A stretch of DNA of 64,000 bases from Octopus vulgaris. Taxonomy: Eukaryota. The translations under genes were made by a program, and so were the position numbers. Below the pieces are notes generated by a model. That model had not been told where the DNA came from. It did not search any database and saw nothing but the letters and a program-made list of their open reading frames with translations. This document shows positions 26,981-39,625 of the stretch, one piece after another. Position 1 is the stretch's first letter. Each line of letters begins with the position of its first letter. The stretch spans positions 91,078,001 through 91,142,000 of the forward strand of contig OX597814.1 of the NCBI GenBank assembly GCA_951406725.2, in the 5' to 3' direction.

Positions 26981-28691
26981 TAGTGCATATGTGTGACATG
27001 GAGAGAATCCTATGTAATGTAAGTGCGTGTCATGAATTAGGTAACCTTTGACAACTTAATCTCCTTACTTGTGACCTCCGGATTACTACTGTTGGTCAAT
27101 TTCAAATATTCTTCAGTTTGTGACTCCACGTTAAGCTCATCAATTTAGAATATGGCGACAAATATTTGGGATGTATTATCTAATAATGAAGAAAATTTCC
27201 CCATTACGCTGATCAACAAAGAATTTGTCTCAAGACAAAGAATACTTGTATATTATATGTTTCTTTGTTCTAGGTTAATGGGGTGGAATCTTCTCCAGAA
27301 ATAGACTAAAGTTAGCTTTTATCGTCGTCAGTATTGTGATTTTGCAATTTTGTTTTCTTATTTGAGGATGGTGTGGTGTTTTGTAATGATGTATATTCTG
27401 TTATGGACATGGAAAAAATCTGAAAATTATGACATAGAAAAAAATCTGAAAACACACTTGAATACTGCTATTAAGTTGACCTACTTGTGTTTGCGGGACT
27501 AACTTTTACATTAATTCTGTTGACTAGTTATAATTCTCAGCCATATTTCTGCATTAATATAGTATATTTATTGAACAATTTAATTACTCTGTCACATAAA
27601 AACCATACCTGATAGAAAACTTCTAAAAGGGGATTCAAAATCTGCGTTAAAAGCACTATAAAATTCACTTTCTTTAGTCCATGGCACAGCAGAAGTTCGA
27701 ATTTTGTTGACCAGCACTATTAAAACTTCTGTAAGTCAGATTAGTTTGAAATGTTCCCATGGAATAGCAGTTATGCCTAAAATATAATCTAAGATATAAT
27801 ACCAATTAACTCAATAGGTTGAATCATTTTAGAGTACCGTTGTGTACTTTGTTTGAAAACGTCTGCAAATACAGAAAGAAAAATTGGCGATGAATTTTAG
27901 AGTAATACATATCAAGTAAATTTTACCGCGTAAAAATGTTTTGTACTATTATGCCCCGTGTACTGAATTCTAGATTATGTATGCCTGTGTATGTAAGTGT
28001 ACATATATGTGTATGTGTATGCAAGCATATGCATGTGTGTTTGAACGCACATATGTTTGTGTGTGTGTGTTTCAAAATACCGATTACGTGAAACGACAAA
28101 TTCTCAGGATATATAGGTTGAAATAATCTAGAAAAGGTAAAAATGATAACGGTTTTTAAAAGCATTTAATGTTCACCAGGGAAATTATTGAGAAACATAT
28201 TATAGCATATTTACTTAGAAAATTGAAAGGACGCTACAAGGATACGATGGAGAGTGCTTAAACGAAAACGTAAAGGTTATATTTATCACAGATATTATAC
28301 ACATTTATTGGATATTCCACTTCTTATCTTTCAATACGAACATGCATCCGAATCGATCAAAGAACTGAAATTTGATCGACCGAAATTAAGGTCTCACCCT
28401 TGCTTACATGCATTTGCTTTCATAATTCCTTTTATAAAAGCAACATTCCAATTTCCGCTAGAAGCACGTCCGTCGTTTCAGTGGCCACGTATTGTTAACT
28501 ACTTTCCTTTCGATATTACACTGGAATATAATTCAGAGAAAGGAAGAGATATCTGAAAATCTTTCCCACTTTAGATTTGGAGATATCTCCAAAACTGTTT
28601 CGTCATGAATACGCGATGTTCAGCTTAAAAGCATGATGCCTGTAATGCTTCATAGGATTCGGATTGTTTTGGTCACATGGTCGGAATGCCT

Positions 28692-28694
<3 letters not shown>

Positions 28695-28786
<92 letters not shown>
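28695..28786. repeat. (CA)n(GATA)n microsatellite
   Basis: Directly visible. Confidence 0.97.
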
Positions 28787-28787
<1 letters not shown>

Positions 28788-28799
28788 TTGCAGTTATGT

Positions 28800-29329
28800 T
28801 GAAACAGGTGATACGGGAAAGTGCAGCATTGATGACAAAACATTTGTGACGTAAATTTTAAAGCTTTAGAGAAACAACAATTTGAGTTTAGCACACCAAT
28901 TGGATACGATTATCATTTTTATAAGAATGGGAGAGATCATATCTGAAAGCAGCCCCAGGAGTTGTGAAGAGGGAATGTGTACGTAGTCTGTTTGTGAGAG
29001 CTATTCTATTGCACCTCTGTGTAATCTAGCGTGCTAAACGTTGTTTCAGCTTTAAGTGCTGCAGCATGCCTTTGCTGATCTTGGGAAAGTCGCATCTCCT
29101 TTCTTCCTTGAGACTCTATTTGACGTGCTACAGAATGCTTTGTTGATCTTGAGAAAGTTTCATTTCCCTTCTACCTTGAGATTACATATGATGCGCTACA
29201 GCATGCCTTTGCTGATCTTGATAAAATCACATGTCCCTTATCTCCTGAGACTCTCAACTACGTGTTTCTTCAATCCTCCTTGCTTGATTGGTGATTCTGG
29301 AGAGATTACGTTTTTTTCTTTGGTGGCGT
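28800..29329 (-). mobile_element. Helitron RepHel N-terminal remnant with STPR repeats
   Basis: PPKKKRNLSRITNQARR, three about 69-bp repeats reading ESQExxEMRLSQDQQRHA, then AAFRYD and CCFSKALKF..CC zinc-knuckle-like motif; frameshifted. Confidence 0.75.
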
Positions 29330-29599
29330 ATTTTTTTCAATATTGTAATTAAAAAAATGATGAACATAGAAAAGAATACGTTAATCTCTATTGTAAACAG
29401 TTGTATGTATGTAGTATGTCTATATTTTTGTATGTAGTGTAAATTAACCAAATATAAGCAAATTGTAAATATCTTGTAACTGTGTAACTGCTGCGCGAAT
29501 TATGAACTGGTAATTGAACGGTAGATGTATATTTTTATATACACTGGACGCGCCACCTAATTGTTTTTTGTTAAGAGTTTCGCTTCTAATCTTTCTCCT

Positions 29600-30560
29600 C
29601 AAATATATATGTGTATGTGTATGTGTAGATGTGTGTGTGCGTATAATAACGTGTGCAACGAAGGCACAAACACCCACACATTCACAGACACATACACATT
29701 AATATACAAAATGTGACGATACACACATATACCCTCTAACATACAATTACATACATAGAGTAAGAGGGACACATACATATATACATTCACGCATGACAGT
29801 CGTCACATATGTATATGTATGTGTAGATGTGCGTGTATGTTTAATAACATACGCAACACAGAAATGCACACAGTCACAGAGACATACACACTCATACACT
29901 GGCGTCGTGGTGGTGGTGGTATAAAATGTACTTTACTATCTAGCATGTACCGAACGTGCTAACACACAGATACATGCACATTCATATAAAATGTCCTGTG
30001 CTATAGGTCTCTATAGAAACATTATGTCTATGAAATGTTACATTGTTTTAATAGAAATAGAAAAATTACATATTGACAGTCATGGAGTGAAATAATATAT
30101 AGTAAGAGAGAAACACAAAGTTGTACATTCACAGATATAAGCCGTCACACATGTATATGTATGTGTAGATGTGTGTATGTCGAATAACTTCCCTAACATG
30201 GAAACACACACACGCTCAGACACATACACACTCATATACTCACACACATGCACTCACAGAAACATAGACACTCATATACAAAATGTGACATTGTCGTCGA
30301 ACGCGGAAACACTCACTCACACACAGACATATACACATTCATACACTCACACACATACACTGACAGACACATACACACTCATATACAAAGCGTGACGTTG
30401 TCGTCGTCGTCAATGTGGTATAAAATGTCCTGTACTATATTTGATTATTTCTATGAAATGTTATATTGGTTTAATCGAAATGGAAAAACGTTACACGTTG
30501 ACACTTATGGGGTGTGATACGATTAGCTTGTAAAATTTTATTTGATTTGGAGGAGTTTTT

Positions 30561-30621
<61 letters not shown>

Positions 30622-31210
30622 CTAACGAAATAGAAGCATATGTACGGAATTCATATTTAATGGTAAAAGCCACAATAATTATTATAGATACATTTTTTAA
30701 ATCACTCTCACACACACATATGTATGTATCTATATATGTATGTATTAATTAAGCACATGTATTAAATGTTAATTTAAGTGTTAATATTTAACTGTAAATA
30801 CCTATAAAACTTTCAACCGCTGCAATAATTATAAACTGTTCATTCAAAGGTAAATGTGTAATTCTATATAACTTGGTCTTAGTAATATCACATTAAAATT
30901 AAACATGGAAAAGTAAAAGTGAGACACTATTATATTCTTATCACATAATTTATAGTGCAAAAATAAAATTGAAGCAATATTAAAGTCTTATCACATTAGA
31001 CTTAAAAGTGAAAGAATTAAAGTGAAACAATATTCACTTTTATCACGTAATACCGACTAAAAGATTGCTCCAGGCCCGCATTAGGCAAGACGTTGTGTAA
31101 TTTTTCGCCCATAACACTCCATGGAGCCTAAGTAATACATGTGTAAAATTTGAATGAAATCGATTGGGTAGTTCTTTTAGAGATTCACACATACGAGCTG
31201 CAATTCTTTA
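29600..31210. repeat. Internally repeated non-coding block, probably Helitron-associated
   Basis: Repeated units starting near 29600, 29800 and 30140; TATAAAATGTCCTGT block at 29985 and 30419; inverted match at 35735-35790; AAATTTGAATGAAATCG motif near 31150. Confidence 0.45.
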
Positions 31211-32499
31211 AAGTACATTCTAAAATATCTACTTTATATTCAGGCATTTTGTATTCTTAATTGTCCGATCAATGCGATTAATAGAGGGACATAATTTATA
31301 ATATTTGTTCAAACCTACTGACACTAACGTAGCGTAGATGGCAGTTTATTACGTCTCTTTTCACTCACAGTTAATTGGTATAGATTGGAATGGTTGCGGC
31401 AACATAATTAGATACTTACTCCCGATTTGTTTTTTAATTGCAGCTCTCTTTTAATGTTAATGTATTTAAGCTTTTTGTAAAGTGTATTCCGGTATTACAC
31501 TTAATCGTATTTTAATGGCCTTTCATATATCAAGATAATTTGTGAGACAGTATTAGCCCATTAACATAAGGTAAATTGCTTCTGTATTTGTACACTGACC
31601 AAAATAAAGTTGAGGCAAACAGATCATTAACTGAAAGTTGTAATATTTATTATTGTTGTTGTCATCATTATTATTGTAGGAGTTAATTTGCGTGTATGCA
31701 AAATATATTTGAAAATCTATCCAAATCAAAGAGTTGGCGTGGCGCTTGGGAGCAATGCATTTTCACTTGAGGTTAGGCAAGCTCCAATAAGCAGTTGTCT
31801 AAATGTGCTTTACTTTACGATTCATTGAAGTGCTACATAGTATTCAAACCGGGCTGTAACAAACGGATAAAGCATTACGTTCATATGACAACAACTACAG
31901 GTACTTGCGTTTATGGGAGATACGTGAATATGTAGGAACATGTGAAAATATATTTTCACAATTTTTTGCGTGCATGTCTTTCGTCATTAAAATGTGAAAT
32001 TCAATTATATGCATATGCACGTTTACACTATATGTATTTTTACAGTACAAAATACATTTTATATTTTGTGTATTGAAAATGTGTTTTTTCCGTCCTTGTT
32101 TTCGCTGCTTTCTTCCAAGGAATCTAATACTCATAGCTTAGTTTCTCCTTGAGGCTGGCCAGTTTTGAGCAATCTCGAGTATGACCAGCCAAGTATGACA
32201 ATGCACACATACATATATAGATACATACATAAATACATACATATATGCACACACAGAGAAAGATAGAAAGATGTCTATTCATGCCTTTATACATCCTCAA
32301 TATATGAATGTATGTGTTTGCGAGTGAGTCTTTGTATGTAAATTTCATTTTCGTATCCTTCAAGAGAGAATCCATTGTTTCACGACACTCAAAACTGAAT
32401 GCCTATATTTCTCTGTAATATCCCGCCACGACGCTGTGCTAGTAGACACTTGTGTCTCGCACACCCCATATAGAAAGCCTAAACTTCCGACATCTGTTA

Positions 32500-32635
32500 C
32501 TTGACTTAGAAAACTTCAAAGACAGCTGCAATAAGTGTGTGAATTTGCGATGGGAATATGTTAAATAAACTCGTAATTAACTAATCCGTCTGTGCGTTTT
32601 TTAGGCATAGCCACGAACTTTTCAGCTACATCTCG
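32500..32635 (+). mobile_element. Mariner 3' end remnant
   Basis: CNKCVNLRWEYVK-stop resembles mariner RWxKCVxxxGEYVE; TIR-like GAACTTTTCAG..CTCG followed by TA. Confidence 0.65.
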
Positions 32636-32649
32636 TATGTTTATATACG

Positions 32650-32679
<30 letters not shown>

Positions 32680-32680
<1 letters not shown>

Positions 32681-32797
32681 CACCGTCACCGTCACCGACC
32701 AGGCTATCAGATGTTGCTACACATCGCTGGTCACAATGCGCTTCGCATTGTTTTAGCCTTCAAAGGACGCCACTCCGCTGGCTAAGCGAGCAGGCCA
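32680..32797 (-). mobile_element. RTE-like LINE 3' end
   Basis: WPARLASGVASFEG-stop, short 3' UTR and (GGTGAC)n tail, inserted in a TA microsatellite. Confidence 0.55.
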
Positions 32798-32831
32798 TGT
32801 ATATATATATGTGTGTGTGTGTGTATGTATA

Positions 32832-32884
<53 letters not shown>

Positions 32885-33199
32885 GTGTATGTGTGTGTGG
32901 ATATACGTGTGGGTGAATTTTTTTCTACACCTATGTAACTCCAATTAATAATGCAACATACGTAATCGGGAATAGATAAGACGGCATATTTTTCTGTCCT
33001 CTTCTGATATGTAATTACTCTATGAATAATTTTTTCCTTCTAACTTACAGTATTTTCCAGTATTTACAACTCTTACATAAAATGTAGCATCTCAAAACAC
33101 ACTTTGAAGGACCGGAATATTGCCATGTGTTTCATGAGGGCACAGCTGTTGTTATAATGCTAACAACAAACAATAAACATACATACATACACACATATA

Positions 33200-33430
33200 T
33201 ACCAAACAGACCTGGTACAAATTATTTGGATTAACACCTACAAAATGTTTCTGAACAGATCTCTGAAAATTCTTAAGTGGGTACTATCATCCTAAATTTA
33301 TATCTAATTATCACCAACTTCAATTGGCCTGAAGGACGCAGTTATGTGAAACGTACGCCAAAATCACCTCAGATTACAACTGTTTATCGAACAAGTTTCC
33401 CGAAATGTCTATAGATTATTGAATAGAGTG
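33200..33430 (+). mobile_element. Penelope 3' remnant with degenerate hammerhead (33324-33361)
   Basis: WINTYK resembles the GIY-YIG end; TTGGC-CTGAAGG-AC-GCA-GTTA-TGT-GAAA-CGTAC-GCCAA. Confidence 0.45.
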
Positions 33431-34356
33431 TGTAGCATAAATATAAAGCAACAAAATCCGCGCAATCATATGAACGACGATAACTGCCTTAATTAAGCAA
33501 GATTATATTTAACGTTATAATCTTCACATTTCGGTACAGCATTGCACATGAAAAAGTCCTACATTCCTTCGCCCAATTCATTATCTCCAACATGAAATTC
33601 TCTGTCATCGGATAAATACTTTTCCTCTTTCAAATTCCACTCACTTTCTTTCTAATTCCGCACGCTCCTATACACACAAAAGACACACACACACATATAT
33701 ATATATATGAAGAGAGAGACAGACATATATATATATATGAAGAGAGAGACAGACAGACAGAGGGAAATAGAGAGATATACACATCTATATATGTCTGTAT
33801 CTATCAATTTGTCTATCCGCATATATTCGCACACATGCACGTACATGCACATATACATCTACAAAGAAGTATAAGTATACATATATGTATATGTGTTTAT
33901 ATGTGTGTGTGTAAGTGTGTTTCTTTGTATACATATGGCTGGCTGGGTATGTATAAATACAGGTATATATAATTACATATATGCATCATGTATGCGTACA
34001 TGCATAATTGAAATATGCCTGGATGAAACAGATTTGAATTTAGCTGACATCATTAATATTTTATGCTTGTATGTTAACTAGCTTATATTGTATCTGCTAT
34101 GAGAAATAACCATTAAAATAATGTTTGAATGTTCCACGTTTTATGGAGCTTCTTTAATTCCCTTTTGGTATACAGCAGTATTGAAATATTACTAACATAA
34201 ATTTTACTAGCAAACATAAATTTCAACGGTTCAAACGTTAAGTTTCCAAATTTGATCAGCTGAAAATCAATTGTTCAGATATAACGTTTCTAGATATTGA
34301 TTGTTGTAAGCACATACACGCGCATGATCGTAAACACACACAAATACGCGAATGAG

Positions 34357-34445
34357 CATGGCCTATTTAATCGGGTGTTGTACTCACGAACGCGAGATCG
34401 TGGTTTCAAATCGGGGACTGGAAATGTGCGTTGTACGTTGTGCTG
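34357..34445 (+). mobile_element. tRNA-derived SINE head
   Basis: TGGCCTATTTAA A-box-like and GGTTTCAAATC B-box-like; degenerate. Confidence 0.45.
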
Positions 34446-35169
34446 TGTTTAGGGGCAATATATGAGTGTGTACCTTAAAGACAATTTCTGTTAGAACGAA
34501 TACAATCACTCACTCTCTCCCTCTCACATACACAAGCACACGCGCGCATTGATACAAAAATATGTATGCATATGTATTTATGTATGTGTATACGACGGAT
34601 GTGCTGTGAGAGACAGAGAGAGACCGAGCGAGTGTCACTTACAAATACATCACAACACAGCTTCACTCACACTCTCTCTCTCTCGCCTTCTCTCTCTTTC
34701 TCTAACTCACACGCACACTCGCACGAACGCACGCACACTCACACACATACACACACACACACACACACACTCACACACTTCCGTTTCATTTACACGTACA
34801 TACATCTTTTAATTTCTCCTCTCTTTCCCTTTCTGCTCACACCTGAAAGCATATGTCATGGTTTCCCTTTCTCTTCTCTTTCAATTTCTGCTCTCTTCAA
34901 AGCATAAAGAAGTAAAACAAAATTTACGGAAGTTAACGATTACATTCCAAAACTGAGTTGCTGATTTTGACGAATATGGTGTCAAAAGATTCAGTAATCT
35001 TTCGGCTAACAAATACAATTTACATTATTTATATTTGCCGGATATTTCTCTTCCTGTTGTTTGTTGCCCATGGGTATATGGCGTAGTGGTTAAGAGCGCG
35101 GGCTACTAACCCCAAGATTCCGAGTTCAGTTCCAGACAGTGACCTGAATAATAATAATAATAATAATAA

Positions 35170-35377
35170 CTTTCTATGTAATCTCAAGTTTTAAAACAAA
35201 CAATTTTCGTATGTTTTTAAAAAAAATTTTTAGACATTCACTAGTTTAACACTAAATGCAAAACCAAATACATGGCACACTAGCATAACAACAACACGAA
35301 CTTCCAATTTGTTGTCTCTTGAGGTCTCTGGGTGAGATTTGGAGCCAACTTATACTAATATAAATCAAAAGTCAAAC

Positions 35378-35378
<1 letters not shown>
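35170..35378 (+). mobile_element. Insertion in the (AAT)n linker, probably an R4/Dong 3' UTR
   Basis: Unique sequence flanked by (AAT)n on both sides; ends GAGGTCTCTGGGTGAGA..AAAAGTCAAACATA(TAA)n; family call is from recall. Confidence 0.45.
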
Positions 35379-35426
<48 letters not shown>

Positions 35427-35513
35427 AATAAGAGTAATAATAATAATAACAAAAACAACAGCAACATCAAAAAATACCTGATGAATGGGAACCCAGGTTC
35501 GAAATTTCTCCAA

Positions 35514-35558
35514 GACACCTGATGAAGGCTGGAGGGTATATCAGCCGAAACGTTGTTA
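35514..35558 (+). ncRNA. Minimal type I hammerhead ribozyme motif
   Basis: CTGATGA (35519-35525), A, GGCTG/CAGCC stem II, GAAA (35547-35550), CG, TT; stem I is short in this copy. Confidence 0.6.
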
Positions 35559-37582
35559 ACAACAAACAAGATCAGGACAAATATCCGTCAAATGTAAATA
35601 ACGTAATTAATGTAAATAATGTACATAATTCCTCATCTCTTAAATATAGAACTGAAATAAAATTCATCTTTATTTACATATTCGCATTACAAACATTTAA
35701 CATCATAATCATTCTGTAATTCAACTATCCAAAGCGACATTTTATACCACGACGACGATAACGTCAAATTTTCTATATGAGTGTGAGCGTTACAAGGTAT
35801 CATCCATTTCTCTATATGTTATGAAGGAATACAGTTACTCACTTCTTCTCTCACGTGGACACGCACACAAATACTACTAAAAATGTTTGCATATGTATTT
35901 ATGTACTTTTATATAAAAGATACGGGTGTGTGAGAAGTGGAGAGAGTGAAAGAGAAAGAACGAGTGAGTGCTACTAACTCATACATGCAAAAATTACTTA
36001 TATGACACTATACACACACACACACCATCTCTCGTTCTCACACCCACAAACACATATGCACACATGAACACGAATACACACATCCATTTTATATACACGT
36101 ATATACATCGTTCACTTTCTGCTCTCTTCAAAACATAAGGAAATAAAGAAAAATACGGAAATTAACGAACAATTATACGATCTCACATGATCGGTCATAT
36201 GAAGAGTTGACAACTTTCCTGCTTCAAACGAAAGAATGCCAGAAAATTACTTCCTCTGGCACGTACGCACACACACACACCACACACCATACACGCACAC
36301 ATACACACACACACTCTCTCTCTCTCTCTCTCTCTCTCTTGGAAAATCTTGTGTATGATTTATGTTATTTTTTGCTATGTGAATGCGCAAGATTATAGTT
36401 CAAATCCAATTGAAATCACCTTCTTCTATTCTGTAATTCATGTTTGTAATTAGTGTATTTAAAAACCTGATCTTGGATATACATGTTAAAGGAAGCTATC
36501 CCAGAAATACTGCCCTTCACCTGTTATTTCTAGCATGTCCGAGGTGACACTTGTGCCGCTCCACCAGTCCTTTTTTTTCCTAAATTTCTTCCGATTCGCA
36601 TGTTTTCAATACAAATGTTTAGGATTTCGCCTAGAATACACGTTCTCAATATTTTTATTTTCTCCCTACCCATCCCAATTTTTAAAATTTTATTATTTTT
36701 CCGAATGTTTACCTTGGTAATCCATGGAGAGAAAAAAGAACAGAGAGTACAAATTTTAAAGAATTTTCTTCCTTCCTTTTTCTTAAAGAAACACTAAAAT
36801 CTCCTCAAACATCCACTCATCACCTAACCTTTTTCAAACAGCTACAAACTCCCAATGTTTCATTTTTAGCTTTTTGGAAATCGGATAAGTTTCTTCAGAA
36901 ATAATGTTCGCCTGTTGTTTCTAGCATATCCGGTTTACTAGTGGTGCTCTAACATTTTTTTTACGTCTGCTATTTGAGTACAAATCTACACATGCATGAG
37001 ACGAAAGTGAGACACTGGCTGTTTTTACCTTTTTGTAAGTGGGAAGGTGAATTGAAGGGACATCGAGTGTTTCTTTAAGAAAAATTAAACTTAAAAAATA
37101 CGCATTTCCCAAACTCGTAATCTCTGTATTTTTCTCTGAGGATAAAAAAAATTCGTAACAAAGTTACAAACTAAGATATTGCAGTGGCGACGGGGGTAAA
37201 TTAAAATTTTGAGAGCGTAATTTATGGGCAAAATCATTTTAATTCCCTTTTATAGGATGAAACAATACGTAGTTTGTGATCCTTCTAAAGAACAGAACCC
37301 ATGCAAATTGCACCCACCCCAATTCATATTTAAAGAAACACTATCTACCATTAGGCTAGTATTGTAGTTCACTATATATCATCTGTGCTGCTTCTGCCCA
37401 TAAGAAAGGAACAAATCATACAATATGGGTGTAGGTAATACACAATGGCAACAACGGGATGCATTCTCAAGTCTGTGTGTGTATATATGTAGGCATGGAT
37501 GTGTGTATATATATATATACACACAAACATATATATGTATTTTTTCCACACTTACACACACAGATGTACTTATATATGTTTG

Positions 37583-37632
<50 letters not shown>

Positions 37633-37699
37633 AAAATAATGTATGCATATCTATATATTTATGTGAGTGTATGTGTATGTACTTATGGAAGGAAGCCTG

Positions 37700-37855
37700 C
37701 AGGCGTGCCTGTTTTGTAAGTAATTTTCTTCCTAACCGTATGGATTTGGCTTGAGTTCCATTACGTGGCACCTAGGGCAAATAACTTCTAATATAGTCTC
37801 GGACCGACTAAAACCTTGTGTGTAAATTTGGTAGAACTGAATGAAGCCCATTCCG
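37700..37855 (+). mobile_element. SINE family B, 5' part
   Basis: GTGGCACCTAGGGCAA and AAAACCTTGTGTGTAAATTTGGTAGA match 56990-57070. Confidence 0.75.
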
Positions 37856-38322
37856 TGAGCATGCATACACACACACATATATATAATAATAATAATAATA
37901 ACAATAATAATAATTTCTTAAGTAACCAGAATATGGATTTTGTATTAATCTTTAAGAAAGATTAATTCCAAATACATCGTATGTTTACGTAAGAATTTAT
38001 TATTTGTATCTCAACTAACACGCTGAGTTCCTGAAATAGATCCAGCGGAAATATACCCCGACTACATATGACGCCATTTAGCCTACAGGTACCCCAAAAT
38101 TTCACTCATATTTTAAAATCTGATGATTACTACAAGCGTAGGAAAAAGCTAATTGAAATTTATGAACATTACTAAGTATTTTTTTAAATTTTTAACTCAC
38201 TTCAACATTGCATAATTTGTTTTTTAAATACAATACTAAAAAGCGTTAAAACCAGACCATGTTGTAAATTTGTTCAACCGATATATTTTTCTGTACACAT
38301 TTACACAAATGCGGAACATACA

Positions 38323-38356
<34 letters not shown>

Positions 38357-38365
38357 CATACATAC

Positions 38366-38411
<46 letters not shown>

Positions 38412-38413
<2 letters not shown>

Positions 38414-38600
38414 CGGGAAAGTTTACGAAAATAAACAAAAGACGAAGGCAGGTGGAGTACAAACAAACAATTGTATTAGTACGGCGCTCAGGAATATAAA
38501 TAAAACAAGACTTTTACGTTTCGAGCCTACGCTCTTCGACAGAAAGATATACAGAAAAGAAACAAGGGGAGAAAAAAATGTGTGTAGGAGCTAACGGTAT
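38412..38600 (-). mobile_element. Non-autonomous Penelope-like tail with minimal hammerhead motif (38511-38546)
   Basis: Minus: CTTT-CTGTCGA-A-GAGC-GTAG-GCTC-GAAA-CG-TA-AAAG; homologous to 10070-10280; abuts (TA)n. Confidence 0.65.
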
Positions 38601-38753
38601 ACTTACACATTGTTTTCATTCCGATGTTTGCGAAATAAAATACATTTATTTTTAATACTATAGTCGTAACTTCCTGTTTCACTTCTAATCATTTCATGTC
38701 GTTTTCCTTTACGTGTTCTCATACTTACGTATGTATGTATGTATGTATGTATG

Positions 38754-38824
<71 letters not shown>

Positions 38825-38909
38825 GTTATGGGTCTATAAAATTTTGGTTCATTTGTTTCTTCATTTTTTGGGAAGTAGAAACGTAACACCATTAACTAGT
38901 CAAGAGAGC

Positions 38910-38945
<36 letters not shown>

Positions 38946-38946
<1 letters not shown>

Positions 38947-39505
38947 GAGTGAGAGAGCAGTGCATGCCATCAAAGTGACACTGGCGTAAAATATACAAAG
39001 CTCAGTATACCCATCTTGACTACCCGTCTGATAAGGGTACACCAGGCACATGCATCACAACCATATGTGCGCGATAGGGTGATCTCATATCCAGATAAAC
39101 AGCGCATGATCTTGCAGGTGGGGCCCAGTTAGAATTTTGTTCTGGTCGCGTAGCCCATCCCGCTCAAAAGGTCCCTGAATAAGGGCTGTTTAAGGATGTT
39201 GAACGAACCATCCATGTTTCCAAAGTTGAATTATCCAAACCTCTAAGAATTCCTTTCAACACACGGCTATGATGCTCCCTCACTACTTCTGCTCGTGATC
39301 AGAGATTCACGTATCGTCAGCCATTAAGGGACATGCTCAACTGGTTAAGGTCAAACAACTGACAAGCAAATCTCTGGTATTGAGCAGAATATTTGCTGTA
39401 GTCTATCTTTTATACTAAGACAAAACAATGTACATGATAACACTTACAATCAGTTAAGATCAGAAGCCATGAATGTCACTGTCTGGTACTGCATCAGGGC
39501 ATTTA
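38946..39505 (-). mobile_element. About 560-bp non-coding interspersed element flanked by (TAA)n
   Basis: (ATT)n on both sides; end 39430-39503 recurs inverted at 57798-57876; orientation inferred. Confidence 0.7.
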
Positions 39506-39520
39506 GTATTATTATTATTA

Positions 39521-39569
<49 letters not shown>

Positions 39570-39625
39570 CATCATTATTGTTACTACTACTACTACTACT
39601 ACTACTACTATTATTATTATTATTA

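Larger units (their letters stand above)
35018..35655 (+). mobile_element. tRNA-derived SINE with hammerhead ribozyme and inverted terminal segment
   Basis: tRNA-like head 35072-35145 (TGGCGTAGTGG, GAGTTCAGTTCC), (AAT)n linker, hammerhead 35514-35558; 35018-35066 is an inverted copy of 35560-35608. Confidence 0.75.

Noticed and set aside
27273-27308. Possible terminal exon VNGVESSPEID-stop after TTCTAG
   Set aside because: Too short and no linked upstream exons found
29057-29262. CRISPR-like periodic repeats
   Set aside because: No unique spacers, eukaryotic context; explained by STPR repeats
35072-35145. tRNA-Ser(ACT)-like gene
   Set aside because: Poor acceptor stem, atypical anticodon and followed by a SINE body; treated as a SINE head
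39270-39305. Short matches to U1 snRNA on minus strand (TGATCACGA, GTAGTG-GGGA)
   Set aside because: Too short, wrong spacing, no 5' ATACTTACCTG or Sm site
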